Shown here in pieces: positions 35,701 to 45,083 of a DNA stretch of 64,000 bases. Below the pieces are notes generated by a model. The model had not been told where the DNA came from. It searched no databases and saw only the letters and a program-made list of their open reading frames with translations. Position 1 is the first letter of the stretch; the number at the start of each line of letters is the position of its first letter. Position numbers and translations under genes: made by a program. This stretch comes from a virus (lineage: Duplodnaviria; Caudoviricetes): IMG/VR virus record IMGVR_UViG_3300046542_000312, positions 1,260 to 65,259 of that record. The stretch is one strand, 5' to 3'.

Positions 35701-38700
35701 CTGGGATGCGCTTCTTGCCAGCCTTGTCCCACGCGAAGCGCTCGAGTTCGTTGAGCGACATCTTCGGGGTGTCGACGGGCGTGCCTTCTCCCTTCACGGA
35801 ATCCGTGTCGGAATCAGCATTCTCGTCCGCATTAGTCTTTGAGGCTCTCTTCTCCGGAACGACGCGCTCGCCGCCGGAACGCTCGCCAAGCCTTCCTTCC
35901 GAGAAGTCCTTCAGGATCTCGTTGGCATACTGAGTTCCGCGCTGATCCTTGCCGATGTTCCTCAGCCAGTTCCAGACACGGCGCAGGGCACCCTTGGCTT
36001 CCGGAGTCGCGGTCGTGATGTCGCCGCTCTCGTCGAGCTTAATGAACGAATCCGCCATCATGCTGGCAGCCGCTTCCTCCCGGATGCGGGCCTCGCTCCA
36101 TCCATTGCCTTCCGCACGGCGGCGGGCGAGCTGGTCATAGGTGTAGTCGCGGTCGCCGACCTTGCGCTTCCTGGTCTCCTCGAGCAGTACGTTCTGGTCG
36201 TTCGCGTGGATGTCGTTCCACAGCATGTGCGCCGCTTCTTCCGCGGTGGTGCGCTCGATACCAACCTTCCTTCCTTCGGAGTCCGAAAGATGCGCGGCAT
36301 GACTGACCTCGAGCAGACTGTCGGTCGCACGGCTGGTGTCGGCCGAACGCTCGACACGTCCCTTGGTCACGCCGTCGGACGGGCCTTCGACGAACGGCTT
36401 GAATTCCGACTGGAGGTTCTTCAGGCCCAGCTTGCCGAGGGTCGCGTCGAAACGCTCGCGGGCGTCCTGATAGGAGGGATCATCCTCGAAACGCTGGGCG
36501 CGGGTCTTGGGCTTCTCCGGCACCTTCTTGGCGGTGTCACCGATAGGAGACTTTGGTTCCGCTTCCGCACGTCTGGCGGCACGGCGATCAAGCTCCGCCT
36601 GGATCTTTGGAGAATACTGCTGGGCCGCCGGCTGCCTCGTGGCGAGATCCGCCTCCGCTTCCTGACGGGTGGCGAAGGTCGATACGGCGCGTTCGGCCGT
36701 GCGGTTGCCACTATCATCAAGGGCGCGCTCCATGACGGCGTATGCGCGGGGATCCTTGATCGTGCGGTATCCGCGTCCGGCAAACTCGTTCTTCACGGCT
36801 GTGGCGGCCTGCTTGCGGGAAGGATAGCCATCCCCCATGACATTGCCCTTCTGGTCGGCAACCACCCATGTGGCGTCTGCCGGAGCAGGGCCGTCACGGT
36901 TCACTGCCTTCACCTCATAGCCAGTCGATGAGGCATCCTCCGGCAGAGCCGTCGTCTGTCTCTCACGTCCGATCTGGTCGCTCGGGCGGTAGTCGTTGTC
37001 AGCACGCTTTACGGCCTCGCCACGTGCAACCATCTGGTCGAAGTGCTGTTGCGGATTTGCAACACCTGAGGCTTCCTGAACGCGGATGGGATCCATCGTT
37101 CCCAGATCGCGAACGGCCTGAGACACGCGGGTGTAGTCCGCCTCTGGATCAACCTGGGCATTAGTGGTCTGTGCCAGGGGAGTGGCGTCGTTTTCGCCGA
37201 CCTGAAGGCGGCCTTCGGTGAGGACATCCGTGGAGGGTGTCGGGTTCGTCTGAACCTTCGGCGTTTCGATGACCCCCGGAAGAGTCTGCTGGACTGGCTC
37301 GGCAGGCTTCACCTCGGCCATGCGCTTCGTCAGGGCAGTCTCGGCCGCGGCGCGCTTCGGCGACGGGGACGAACGGCGCTTGCCATCCGAATCCACGACA
37401 ACATAGGCAATGCCGGGCCCTTCAGCCACGTCGTCTACGGGCTTGCCCTTCTCGAGAGCCTGAATCCTGAACTGGGGAGCCTCGGGAGTCCTTGGTGTCT
37501 GAGGTGCCTGCTCGACGGTCGGCAAGGATTCCTGGACGCGTCCTTCAGGCTCCGGCGTTACGTAACGCTGACGGGGCGCTTCCTCGGCTTCGAGGTTCGG
37601 CATCTCGGGAAGGAGGTTTTCGGTAACCTGTCTCCTTGCGGTAACATCCGGGGCAGGCGCAGGTGGTGGCTCGGGGGTCGAATTGGTCGTCGGTTCGACG
37701 GTTTCGGGAACTCGGCTGGCGGCCTGCTGGAGGGGCTCCTCCAGTGCCCGTGTCTCCGCCTGTAGACGTGCCTCCTGCTCCGCGTTGGCGCGTGCGCTCT
37801 CGGCCTCGCGGTTCGCCTGCATCTCGAACGCATTGTCGCCGCGCATCGTGAAGCCTTCGCCGCGGGTTCCGGGACGAAGATCTGGAATTCTCGGAGCGTT
37901 GGCGGCGCTGGGAGCCGGAAGTCCGAAGTCGGTCGACATCACGCGGCGGTATGCGGCCTCGGCGGCTGCTTCCTGTTCCGTCTGCGGGGCATCCTCGGCA
38001 AGGAAGTCACGTGTGGCCTGAACCTGATCGGCCGCATGGGCCGCATCTGACTGTTCTGATGCGATGTCGTCGTCGAGCTGTCCGCGAACTTTTGCATCCG
38101 CTTTCGCACCTCGTCCCTCGGCATAGGCATGGCCAGCACCGAAGGAGCCACCCATGGCACCAGCGGCGACTGCGGCCTGCGCGTATTCCTTCATGGCATC
38201 ATCGCTGAACACGTCGAGACCTGCCTGATGGCGCTCGATCGCCTGCTGAACGACTTCCGTCGGCAGCTCCGTCGCGGCCCCGCCGATAGCGCTCTTGAGC
38301 ATGTTGATGAAACCACCTGCGGCAGGGGTCTTGGCGACGGCAAGAGCGGCGTCGGCGCTCGCCTTGGCGGCAAGATCCTCGGCGGAACGCAGGCCGACCT
38401 TGGCGGCTCCGCGGGCGAGGCCTCCTGTGACTGCTCCACCAATCTTTCCCAGTCCTGGCGCAACGACGCCGAGAGCCGTGTCAGCGGCACCCTGGACAGG
38501 TGCCCATGCGAAGGCTTCTCCGGGATTGTTGACGTGGCCCTGCTGTTCCTGAACCTGACGTTCGAGGTTCGAACCAGCCATCATCGGGGTGGCGACGAGC
38601 GTGCCGGCGGCAAGCGCGCCTGCGGGGCCGGCCGCGAGACCGCCGACTCCAGCGGCACCAAGCGTGGCCGCCATCTGGGGCGTGGACTGGAGGCCGGAGT

Positions 38701-39079
38701 GCAGGATGTACTGTCCGTAGTTGCCCTTGTCCCACATGTCGCCCGTGGACTGGAACTGATCCTCGTATTCCTGCTGGGCCTGACGATCCTTGGCGAGCTG
38801 GGCGTAGTTCTCGACCGCGGCTTCATCCCAGCCGAGCTGGTTCTGGGCCTCGATGCCAGCGTGACGCAGGCCGAGCCATGCGTTCTCGGCTCCGATGCCT
38901 ACGGACTGCAGGATTCCGGGGTTCTGCTTTTCGACCTGGACGGGAGGTGCCGGGAGCGGCGGGGCGTACTCGTTGAGCTTGGCCAGGATCTTCGCTTCCT
39001 CGGCTTCTGTCGGGACGGATCCCGCAACCTTGAACTTGCGGAGGACGTTGTTCCCGTCGTAGCGCTCGATAATGGCCAT
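32720..39079 (-). CDS. Large internal virion/ejection protein (polyvalent-protein-like, LPD38-like C-terminus)
   Basis: 2119 aa at the end of the virion operon; FYLFYNAAVQG, N.DFAGRQIVP. Confidence 0.75.
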   Translation of the reverse strand: MAIIERYDGNNVLRKFKVAGSVPTEAEEAKILAKLNEYAPPLPAPPVQVEKQNPGILQSVGIGAENAWLGLRHAGIEAQNQLGWDEAAVENYAQLAKDRQAQQEYEDQFQSTGDMWDKGNYGQYILHSGLQSTPQMAATLGAAGVGGLAAGPAGALAAGTLVATPMMAGSNLERQVQEQQGHVNNPGEAFAWAPVQGAADTALGVVAPGLGKIGGAVTGGLARGAAKVGLRSAEDLAAKASADAALAVAKTPAAGGFINMLKSAIGGAATELPTEVVQQAIERHQAGLDVFSDDAMKEYAQAAVAAGAMGGSFGAGHAYAEGRGAKADAKVRGQLDDDIASEQSDAAHAADQVQATRDFLAEDAPQTEQEAAAEAAYRRVMSTDFGLPAPSAANAPRIPDLRPGTRGEGFTMRGDNAFEMQANREAESARANAEQEARLQAETRALEEPLQQAASRVPETVEPTTNSTPEPPPAPAPDVTARRQVTENLLPEMPNLEAEEAPRQRYVTPEPEGRVQESLPTVEQAPQTPRTPEAPQFRIQALEKGKPVDDVAEGPGIAYVVVDSDGKRRSSPSPKRAAAETALTKRMAEVKPAEPVQQTLPGVIETPKVQTNPTPSTDVLTEGRLQVGENDATPLAQTTNAQVDPEADYTRVSQAVRDLGTMDPIRVQEASGVANPQQHFDQMVARGEAVKRADNDYRPSDQIGRERQTTALPEDASSTGYEVKAVNRDGPAPADATWVVADQKGNVMGDGYPSRKQAATAVKNEFAGRGYRTIKDPRAYAVMERALDDSGNRTAERAVSTFATRQEAEADLATRQPAAQQYSPKIQAELDRRAARRAEAEPKSPIGDTAKKVPEKPKTRAQRFEDDPSYQDARERFDATLGKLGLKNLQSEFKPFVEGPSDGVTKGRVERSADTSRATDSLLEVSHAAHLSDSEGRKVGIERTTAEEAAHMLWNDIHANDQNVLLEETRKRKVGDRDYTYDQLARRRAEGNGWSEARIREEAAASMMADSFIKLDESGDITTATPEAKGALRRVWNWLRNIGKDQRGTQYANEILKDFSEGRLGERSGGERVVPEKRASKTNADENADSDTDSVKGEGTPVDTPKMSLNELERFAWDKAGKKRIPETPIEVRARHDFVPEYAATARVLENTLGSAYANVMDRLPFVKKKGVAARKEDFSNVLANVGREWVNDKWSLGKFQDAVKKAGGYITPDTDVAYQAEMHANRISERERIAEQKLFIPLLERAANIKMSNAEFEKLRMANGKGGAADLFLQTADNPTKKNVLGLEAYLYARAAKDRNKAIYETRFTDKQREDGTANRDGSGMTDAEADAILKAVESMGPGTKKRFDNAADAAYAIVKDMKKTQLESGLISQEIHDHPGFGPNHVPLQDFLDQKNLAEETDSDVFNGSFVSERGFSIKGREGKQAAGRESLAANIIPNMISAHLRTLSRAERNSVSTALYDMVRLNANNDKMNSATRPISDFAEIVTEGDKKKSVGSDGKTKVQTDSRWKDASDIVTAKIGGREVAVRVKDPAVASELKQMILRDPQQAGYFLRGLRAYRRLLGTLATTYNGNFILNNPAKDIQTALVNSGQYKKGTGLKIAKNLLPALANTIKTSYGGKKNFDLYASPDYLELKRLGGTTSTMGLRSGEYFTDRMIREMNSLADGQPKTRAQIGKMLEAPLNLLEAASQSFEDMTRVATFKALKEQGYSPERAAQAALNITVNFSAGGTKKEIINTFYLFYNAAVQGNMALFNAAARSPKVRKSIATMAMMGAAQVFFQEFAGERDENDELLYDNLPDYVKEKTWVIPTLGLTKGGNFTLSLPAGLDSIMNLGRNAAEVALGKKDAWSASGNTLSNMGKSLYPLGAAQDFFDLNTFAPTILDAPIDLASNEDFAGRQIVPDKKGASNLEVPNSARYWNATSAPFIGLSKWLNEETGGSAIRPGAVDVSPAQMEYVYKSLTGGLGTSVMDAIRTGSMVFGSGEDNEWNPNKTLALKRFYTANDKDAKTRQYYGNRDDVMYAFEEYRAAAKNSDYDQMDRLEKKYGSELSVAPYLASLDKERSDINRAIRQMEDDDGVPKAEKEAAIRDYKKAQQELIEEGNKAISEMKREKKAAAK

Positions 39080-39174
39080 GTCAGCTCCCTAAGACTTTAC
39101 TGGAGGACGGGATCCCTAGACCCCGTCTCTTGCTGTGAACCCATAGTGACCGGGTCGAATCCTTCTTGGAAGGG

Positions 39175-40620
39175 TTAGCGGACGTCGTCGACTGTCGTGT
39201 CGTCGGTCTCGTCGCCCTTGTACTGTCCGGCAGGCTGCATGCGACCGCGGAAGATGTTGTCGTACTTCGACATCGTCTGGTCGTAGATGCGTGCCTTTCC
39301 TGCGGCATCCGCCTTGGCGTACTGGTCGGCGAGGGATCCCGGCTGAACCTTCTGATACCCGGTCTGACCGATGCCCAGTTCCTCCTTGGTCGCGTCACGG
39401 GAGGCATTGGAGATTGTCGTCTCCTGAGCCGCCGTGTAGCCGCCCGCACCCTTCGCCGTCTTGTTGGCCGCAGTGAGGGCGATCCTCTGGGCGTTCGTCT
39501 CGCGCTGTAGACCAGCCTCGAGTTCGGCCTTCTTGATGGACCTCTCGTAGGCAGTGTTGGCTTCCCCCTGCCTTGCGGTGGCGTCGTTCGCATCTCTCTG
39601 CAGGCCGCGCGTGTTCTGTCGGTCGGCGTTGATGTCATTGTTCATCGAGTTGGCGTTACCGGCCGTGATCGCATTCGCCGCCGACGCGCCCTGGAGCGCC
39701 GCCTGGACGTTCGTGTTGTAGCCGGCCTTGGTGAACTCGTCCTGACGGTTCGCCTGCTGTGTCAGCATGTCCTGCTGCTTGAAGTACAGGTCGGACGCGG
39801 TCTTCAGGTCGCCCGCCGCCAGAGCCTGACGCGCGAGAGCGATGTCCGTCTGGTTCTTGATGGAATCACGGAGCTGTGAACGGTAGTCGTCCTTGAGCTT
39901 GGCTTTGTAGTCCATCATCGCCAGCGCCGACTTCCCGGCATCGTTGGACGATCCCCAGGCGAAACCAAATCTCGCAAGGTCGTTCCAGTTCAGCTTGTCG
40001 CTCGGAGCGTTTTCCTTGAGCCTGGAGGCATCGTCCTTGAGATACTGCTCCATGTCGCCATAGGCGTCTCCGCCGCGCATCTGTCCAAGCATCTCGGCGA
40101 CGCCCTTCTGGGCACCGAGCATCTGGTCGGGAGACTGGATGTCACGCTGGGACGGCTGGGGCATGGCGGGAAGGTTCGGCTGCATCACCTCGGGGATGAC
40201 GTAGTCCGGCTTCGTGAGCTGTGGCACTGGAGCGATGGCCGGAGCCGACGGCTTCTGTTCCGGAGTCGGAGGGGCGGCAGGCTCGAAACGTCCGGGAATT
40301 GCGCTCGGGTTCAGAAGACGCGGGTTCAATGCAGGAGCCTGCGCGGCCTGCTGGGGCATGGGGCTCTCCCGGCGTTCCTCGGCGAACGTCTTCGGCGTAG
40401 AGACATTCTGTCCCTGACCCTTGTTCTTGATGGATTCGAGGAAGGCCTTGCCAGCGTCCGACTCGGCGAACTTGTTGGCCGCACTATCATCGACGACGCC
40501 TGCGCGCTGACGCGGAGCTGTGCTCTGGTTCTGGCCGGGATTGCCGCCAGCCGCCAGAATCAACTGCCTCTGCCAGGAAGGCATCGCCGTCTGTCCCGGA
40601 ACTTCCCAATCGTTAGCCAT
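39175..40620 (-). CDS. Internal virion protein
   Basis: Q/A-rich; position. Confidence 0.65.
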   Translation of the reverse strand: MANDWEVPGQTAMPSWQRQLILAAGGNPGQNQSTAPRQRAGVVDDSAANKFAESDAGKAFLESIKNKGQGQNVSTPKTFAEERRESPMPQQAAQAPALNPRLLNPSAIPGRFEPAAPPTPEQKPSAPAIAPVPQLTKPDYVIPEVMQPNLPAMPQPSQRDIQSPDQMLGAQKGVAEMLGQMRGGDAYGDMEQYLKDDASRLKENAPSDKLNWNDLARFGFAWGSSNDAGKSALAMMDYKAKLKDDYRSQLRDSIKNQTDIALARQALAAGDLKTASDLYFKQQDMLTQQANRQDEFTKAGYNTNVQAALQGASAANAITAGNANSMNNDINADRQNTRGLQRDANDATARQGEANTAYERSIKKAELEAGLQRETNAQRIALTAANKTAKGAGGYTAAQETTISNASRDATKEELGIGQTGYQKVQPGSLADQYAKADAAGKARIYDQTMSKYDNIFRGRMQPAGQYKGDETDDTTVDDVR

Positions 40621-40649
40621 ATCTGTCTCCTGAAATCTTTAGAGCTATC

Positions 40650-41528
40650 TCACGCCCGTCTTGTGGAATTTGGAACAGTCGCCATGCGGATGGCGCGCTC
40701 CACGGCCGCCTGATAGATCGGGTCGGCATTCGGATCCGGCTGGGACTGCGCGAGGATGTCGAGCATGTACTGACGCTTGGCCTGTTCCTGCGGTTCCTGA
40801 TCTTCGGCCGCACGTCGCTCCATGAGCTGTGACCATGCAGCGTTTCCATCGTCGGACGACACCTGCGTGTTCGAGGCCTGGAAACCGTCGTCGAACGGCT
40901 TGAAGGTCGCAACCCCCATCGAGGGATCGCCAGACGGAGTTTGCGACTGGTAGGCCTGCATGTAGGTCTGGCCGCTTCTTCCAGCAGGAGCACGCACAGG
41001 CCCGGCACCCGAACCCGACGGAGCCTGCGACACGACTGGAGGAACCTCGCCATCACCGACAGCACCGAGGAGAGCCATAGCCTTCTTCCTGTGTCCTGCC
41101 ATCTGGTTGTTCACCTTGTCGGCGACGGTTCCGGGAGCGCCGCCGTTGTTCGCGTCGGAGGCGTTGTATCGGCCGACACGTCCGGCGTTGATCGCCGAGT
41201 ATACGTCCATCATGCCCATGCCGGGCTTGTAGCCGGCACCACGGAAGTAGGAGGCGACCGCACCGTTCTGGCCGAGCTGGGATCCGATGGGATCATTCCA
41301 GTCGACGCCGTGCTGTTTTGCCTGAGGCTGACCGAACTGGATCAGCCCCTTGTGCTGGCCGTACTGGGTCGTCGGCCCCTTCTGGGTTGGGTTGAACGTC
41401 CCGCCCGTCTCGTAGCTGATCGCCGTCGCAAGGTCGACAGGATCCATCCCGAGGGCACCAGCCGTCTCGAGAATGCCTGCGCGGATCCGGGGATCGCGCT
41501 CGTATCCGTTTCCTGCCGTCCTAGCCAT
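40650..41528 (-). CDS. Virion-associated lysozyme-fold/transglycosylase
   Basis: ISYETGGTF.P, GLIQF, Y.AI.AG. Confidence 0.7.
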   Translation of the reverse strand: MARTAGNGYERDPRIRAGILETAGALGMDPVDLATAISYETGGTFNPTQKGPTTQYGQHKGLIQFGQPQAKQHGVDWNDPIGSQLGQNGAVASYFRGAGYKPGMGMMDVYSAINAGRVGRYNASDANNGGAPGTVADKVNNQMAGHRKKAMALLGAVGDGEVPPVVSQAPSGSGAGPVRAPAGRSGQTYMQAYQSQTPSGDPSMGVATFKPFDDGFQASNTQVSSDDGNAAWSQLMERRAAEDQEPQEQAKRQYMLDILAQSQPDPNADPIYQAAVERAIRMATVPNSTRRA

Positions 41529-41529
41529 G

Positions 41530-42192
41530 TCAGCCTCCGAATCTTACCTTGCCCGTCGCAGGATCCCTGGAGAGCGGCATCAGGCCACCAACCGGGCCAC
41601 CGTCGTTGAGCTTGATCGAACCAAACCGACCGCCGCCGGACTGCTTCTTCTCGGCCATCCCGAGGAAGCGCTTGTATCCTTCCGGATCCGACTGCATTAC
41701 GCCGATGCGGTTAAGACCTGCCGCGAAACCGCCATTGCCCTGGATCTTCTTGGACATGTCGTCGAAGAACTTCTGATCGGCACTGACACCTGCGCTCTGT
41801 GCGGCGGCCGCTGCGGCTGCAGGGTTGCGGTTTAGGTCGGCCAGAGAACCGCCGAGGCCGTGATTGACCTCGATCGAGTCCGCCGCACCGCCGAGGCCAC
41901 CGACAGGGCCGCCGTCTGCATATCCCTGAGGGGCCATCTGACCCGGCATGCTTCCACGTGTCATCATAGGATTCCCCTGAGGCTGTGCCGACCGCATGAT
42001 GTCCTGCGCCACGGTCGTCGGCTGTTGCTGTTGCTGGGCCGCGGCGGCCGCCCGCGTCTTCTCGCGTTCCTGAAGCTCTGAGAGAACGAGGAACTGAGGA
42101 GCGGGCGAACCCTGCGACTGCATGAGTCTCTGAAGCTGATCGTCGGGAAGCATCTTGAGATCGGATGCCACCTGCATGAGGTTCTCTGCCAT
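41530..42192 (-). CDS. Internal virion protein
   Basis: GYADGGPV motif; position. Confidence 0.65.
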   Translation of the reverse strand: MAENLMQVASDLKMLPDDQLQRLMQSQGSPAPQFLVLSELQEREKTRAAAAAQQQQQPTTVAQDIMRSAQPQGNPMMTRGSMPGQMAPQGYADGGPVGGLGGAADSIEVNHGLGGSLADLNRNPAAAAAAAQSAGVSADQKFFDDMSKKIQGNGGFAAGLNRIGVMQSDPEGYKRFLGMAEKKQSGGGRFGSIKLNDGGPVGGLMPLSRDPATGKVRFGG

Positions 42193-42201
42193 GGTGCCTC
42201 C

Positions 42202-43155
42202 TTACGACTGGCCCATTAGAAGTCCGAGACCTCCGAGCGCGTTTCCGACGTTGTTTCCGCCGCCTGTCGTCTGCGTGACGTTGGAGTTCGCAGTGACCGG
42301 GACGCCGTGCAGGATGCCCGAAAGCCAGTTGAGCTGCTGCTTCTGGTAGTCGTTCTGGTTGTTGAAGTCGTTGTACGCCAGATCGAGCTTCGACTGGTCG
42401 TAGTCCTGCAGATACTTGCCAGCGTTCATCTGCGCTTCCGCATTCTTGAGCGTCTGGTCGTTGAGAGCCGTGCCCTGATTGAAGAGCTGGTTGCCGAGCG
42501 CACCCTGCGCCTGAAGGGCCGCCTGAGACATCTGCTGGCCCTGCATGTTGTTGCTGACGTTGGTCTTCGCCACGTCGATGTCACGGGCATTTTCAGTGTT
42601 GTACTGGCTCTGCGCGGCCTGATAGGCCTGCTGGTAGCCATTGGCGTCGATCGTCGCCAGACGGTCGTTCAGATCGTCGTTCGCGAGCGCATCGGCCACG
42701 GATCTGCGGGTGCCGCCGAGAGCGCCAGCCTGAACGGCGGCACCCGCACGGTCTCCGGCCTGCTGTGCGAAGTCCTGGGTGGCACCCTTCTTCTGGTTCG
42801 CGACAACGGCATCCATGTACGGCGACATGTAGGACTGGGCCGAATCCCTGAAGGATCCGCCAGCGTCGACCGTGCCCGGAGTGTAGTTCGCCGACTGGCC
42901 GAGCTTGTCCGCGGCCGACTGCGTGGCGGACGTTCCGGCCTGCATCGACCCGTTGTTGTTCTGAAGCCCGTTGACCGTGCTGATCGCGCCCGTCGTCGAG
43001 GAGTTCAGGTTCGCGATGCGCGGACCCTCATACGCCTGATACGGCTTGTCGGCGACCGACTGCGCGTCAGCCATCATCGCCTCGTAGTACGGGCGAGCAT
43101 AGCTTGGCAGGTTGGTCTGGGTTACTGTGCTATTCGTGCTTCCGCTACCGCCCAT
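42202..43155 (-). CDS. DNA ejection/pilot-like protein
   Basis: MGGSGS start, YMSPY, GALGGTR, Q-rich. Confidence 0.7.
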   Translation of the reverse strand: MGGSGSTNSTVTQTNLPSYARPYYEAMMADAQSVADKPYQAYEGPRIANLNSSTTGAISTVNGLQNNNGSMQAGTSATQSAADKLGQSANYTPGTVDAGGSFRDSAQSYMSPYMDAVVANQKKGATQDFAQQAGDRAGAAVQAGALGGTRRSVADALANDDLNDRLATIDANGYQQAYQAAQSQYNTENARDIDVAKTNVSNNMQGQQMSQAALQAQGALGNQLFNQGTALNDQTLKNAEAQMNAGKYLQDYDQSKLDLAYNDFNNQNDYQKQQLNWLSGILHGVPVTANSNVTQTTGGGNNVGNALGGLGLLMGQS

Positions 43156-43588
43156 GGTTCAAATCCTCGATTTTGAATTCGTACGTTTCGCGGGTCTTTC
43201 TCCCGCCGTATTTCTTGTAGAACTGCGCCCATCCGGGCCGTCCGTACGTCTCTACCCAGGGGCATCCCTGATCCTTTGCGAAGGACTTGACCGTCTCCAT
43301 CACGAGACCGATCCAGTCCTGCATCTCGACACCTCCGACGTGGGGCACTCCAAGGACTCGACGGTATTCCGTCTGGTAGATCTGGAGCGTGTAGAACGCC
43401 ACGATCCTGCCTGAGTCCTTGTCGTAGACTATCCACAGGGAGTTCTTCCCGGATTCGATGTCCTTCATGATCGAGGCTACCGTCTCGACCCCGTGGAAGC
43501 GCTTCTCGAGGCGCTCCATGTATTCGACGATGTGCGGGAACACGAAGTCGATGTGTTCGGGGAGTACGACTGAAACCTCGTATGACAT
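43145..43588 (-). CDS. GNAT-fold acetyltransferase-like protein
   Basis: VGG..M..W..FAK..GC..GRPGW. Confidence 0.6.
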   Translation of the reverse strand: MSYEVSVVLPEHIDFVFPHIVEYMERLEKRFHGVETVASIMKDIESGKNSLWIVYDKDSGRIVAFYTLQIYQTEYRRVLGVPHVGGVEMQDWIGLVMETVKSFAKDQGCPWVETYGRPGWAQFYKKYGGRKTRETYEFKIEDLNHGR

Positions 43589-43600
43589 GACGAATCCTTC

Positions 43601-44851
43601 TTATCCGGGCATGAACATACTAGGGTCTAGTTTCGCCGGCTGCTGGGGACTTCCGCCCTTCGTCTGCCGGACGCCTTCCGTCATCGCCCGCAGAGCCTTG
43701 TGCCCGGCATCCGAAGATCCGTTGCCAAGGCCGGAGACGACGTCGGCAGGAATGACATGCTCGTCGGTAGCCAGACGTGCGGGGGTCTTCCCGTCGACTA
43801 CTGCGGGGATGGAATCGGACATGCCGTCGCCATCTCCCTTGATCGCCCCCAGACCGCCTTCCTTGCCGCCCATCTCGGACATGATCTGGCTGCTCGCCGC
43901 CTTGTCCGCATGGATGTCGGCCATCAGCTCCTCGAGAGCGTCCGGGCCGAAGAACTCCAGGAACAGCTCGATGGCCTCCTGGGGCTGGGGATGCTTTCCT
44001 TCGAGGGCCGCAACCGCACCCTTCTGGATCTCGGCCATCGCGGCCTGATCCGGCTGGTCTCCGCCTTCGACCGCGCCGCCGTCGGCGTAGCCCTTGCCCG
44101 TGAAGTACAGGTGTTCGGACGAATCCTTGAGGGGATCATGGTTGAAGTCCGTCGGGCGGGCCGAATGGTCGCGGTTGAGCGTCGGGCCGTCTTCCTCGTC
44201 TTCGGAGCTTCCGCCACCGCCACCGTTGAAGAGACCGAGCTGGTTCGCCACCATGCCGCCGACCATCAGATTGCCAGGAGTTGCGAGCTTGCCAATACCG
44301 CCGAGCGCCGACTTCACGCCACCGAGCGCACCGCCAGCGGCAGGAGCCGCTGTTGCCGCACCGGGAGCGCCGAGAACCGCGCCAAGCGTCGTGTTCGCCG
44401 CGCCAGCGCCGCCAGCGCCGATGGCACCGGGAGCGGCAGGGAAGAAGTTGGCACCAAGACCAGCCGCACCGCCGAGACCACCTGCACCAGCAGATCCAGC
44501 GGCCGCAGCCGTCGGAGCCGCAAGCGCAGACGTTCCAGCGGCACCCGCCGCAGATCCGGCCGCGCCGAGACCGCCAGCAGCCGCGCCACCAAGACCTCCG
44601 GCGGCACCCGCTCCAGCACCAAGGGCCGTCGTGGCCGCAGGAGCGGCAAGGGCTGAGGTTCCAGCGGCTCCGAGACCACCAAGGCCTCCAGCCGCCGCAC
44701 CCGCACCAGCGGCACCTGCGCCCGCTGCTCCGGCACCTGCCGCGCCAGCTCCGGCCGCACCGGCAGCTCCCAGTCCGCCAAGCGCACCGAGGGCCGCACC
44801 ACCCGTCAAAACAGCGGCCGCGCCGCCAAGAAGCCAAGGAAGAAGTTTCAT
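43601..44851 (-). CDS. Gly/Ala-rich internal virion protein
   Basis: GDGMSDSIPA..ARL..DEHVIPADVVSGLGNGSSDAG. Confidence 0.7.
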   Translation of the reverse strand: MKLLPWLLGGAAAVLTGGAALGALGGLGAAGAAGAGAAGAGAAGAGAAGAGAAAGGLGGLGAAGTSALAAPAATTALGAGAGAAGGLGGAAAGGLGAAGSAAGAAGTSALAAPTAAAAGSAGAGGLGGAAGLGANFFPAAPGAIGAGGAGAANTTLGAVLGAPGAATAAPAAGGALGGVKSALGGIGKLATPGNLMVGGMVANQLGLFNGGGGGSSEDEEDGPTLNRDHSARPTDFNHDPLKDSSEHLYFTGKGYADGGAVEGGDQPDQAAMAEIQKGAVAALEGKHPQPQEAIELFLEFFGPDALEELMADIHADKAASSQIMSEMGGKEGGLGAIKGDGDGMSDSIPAVVDGKTPARLATDEHVIPADVVSGLGNGSSDAGHKALRAMTEGVRQTKGGSPQQPAKLDPSMFMPG

Positions 44852-45082
44852 TTATGCGATCCTCACAACACGTTCAGTCTCATCGTACCAGAGCTGACCT
44901 TTTTTCAAACCATCGTCCGAGATCGGGAGGTCGTCGGCGTAGACCTGCGTGACGGTGATCTCTCCGGGCATGACCATCAGGCGGAGCATCTTCTCGATGT
45001 CCCTGATGATCCTGTCCATTTCCCGCTGGTCGTAGGTGGCCGGAGCCTTGCCGAGCCGGATGTTCACGTTGAGTTCGTTCAT
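44852..45082 (-). CDS. Small structural protein (start MNELNV)
   Basis: Operon context. Confidence 0.65.
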   Translation of the reverse strand: MNELNVNIRLGKAPATYDQREMDRIIRDIEKMLRLMVMPGEITVTQVYADDLPISDDGLKKGQLWYDETERVVRIA

Positions 45083-45083
45083 C

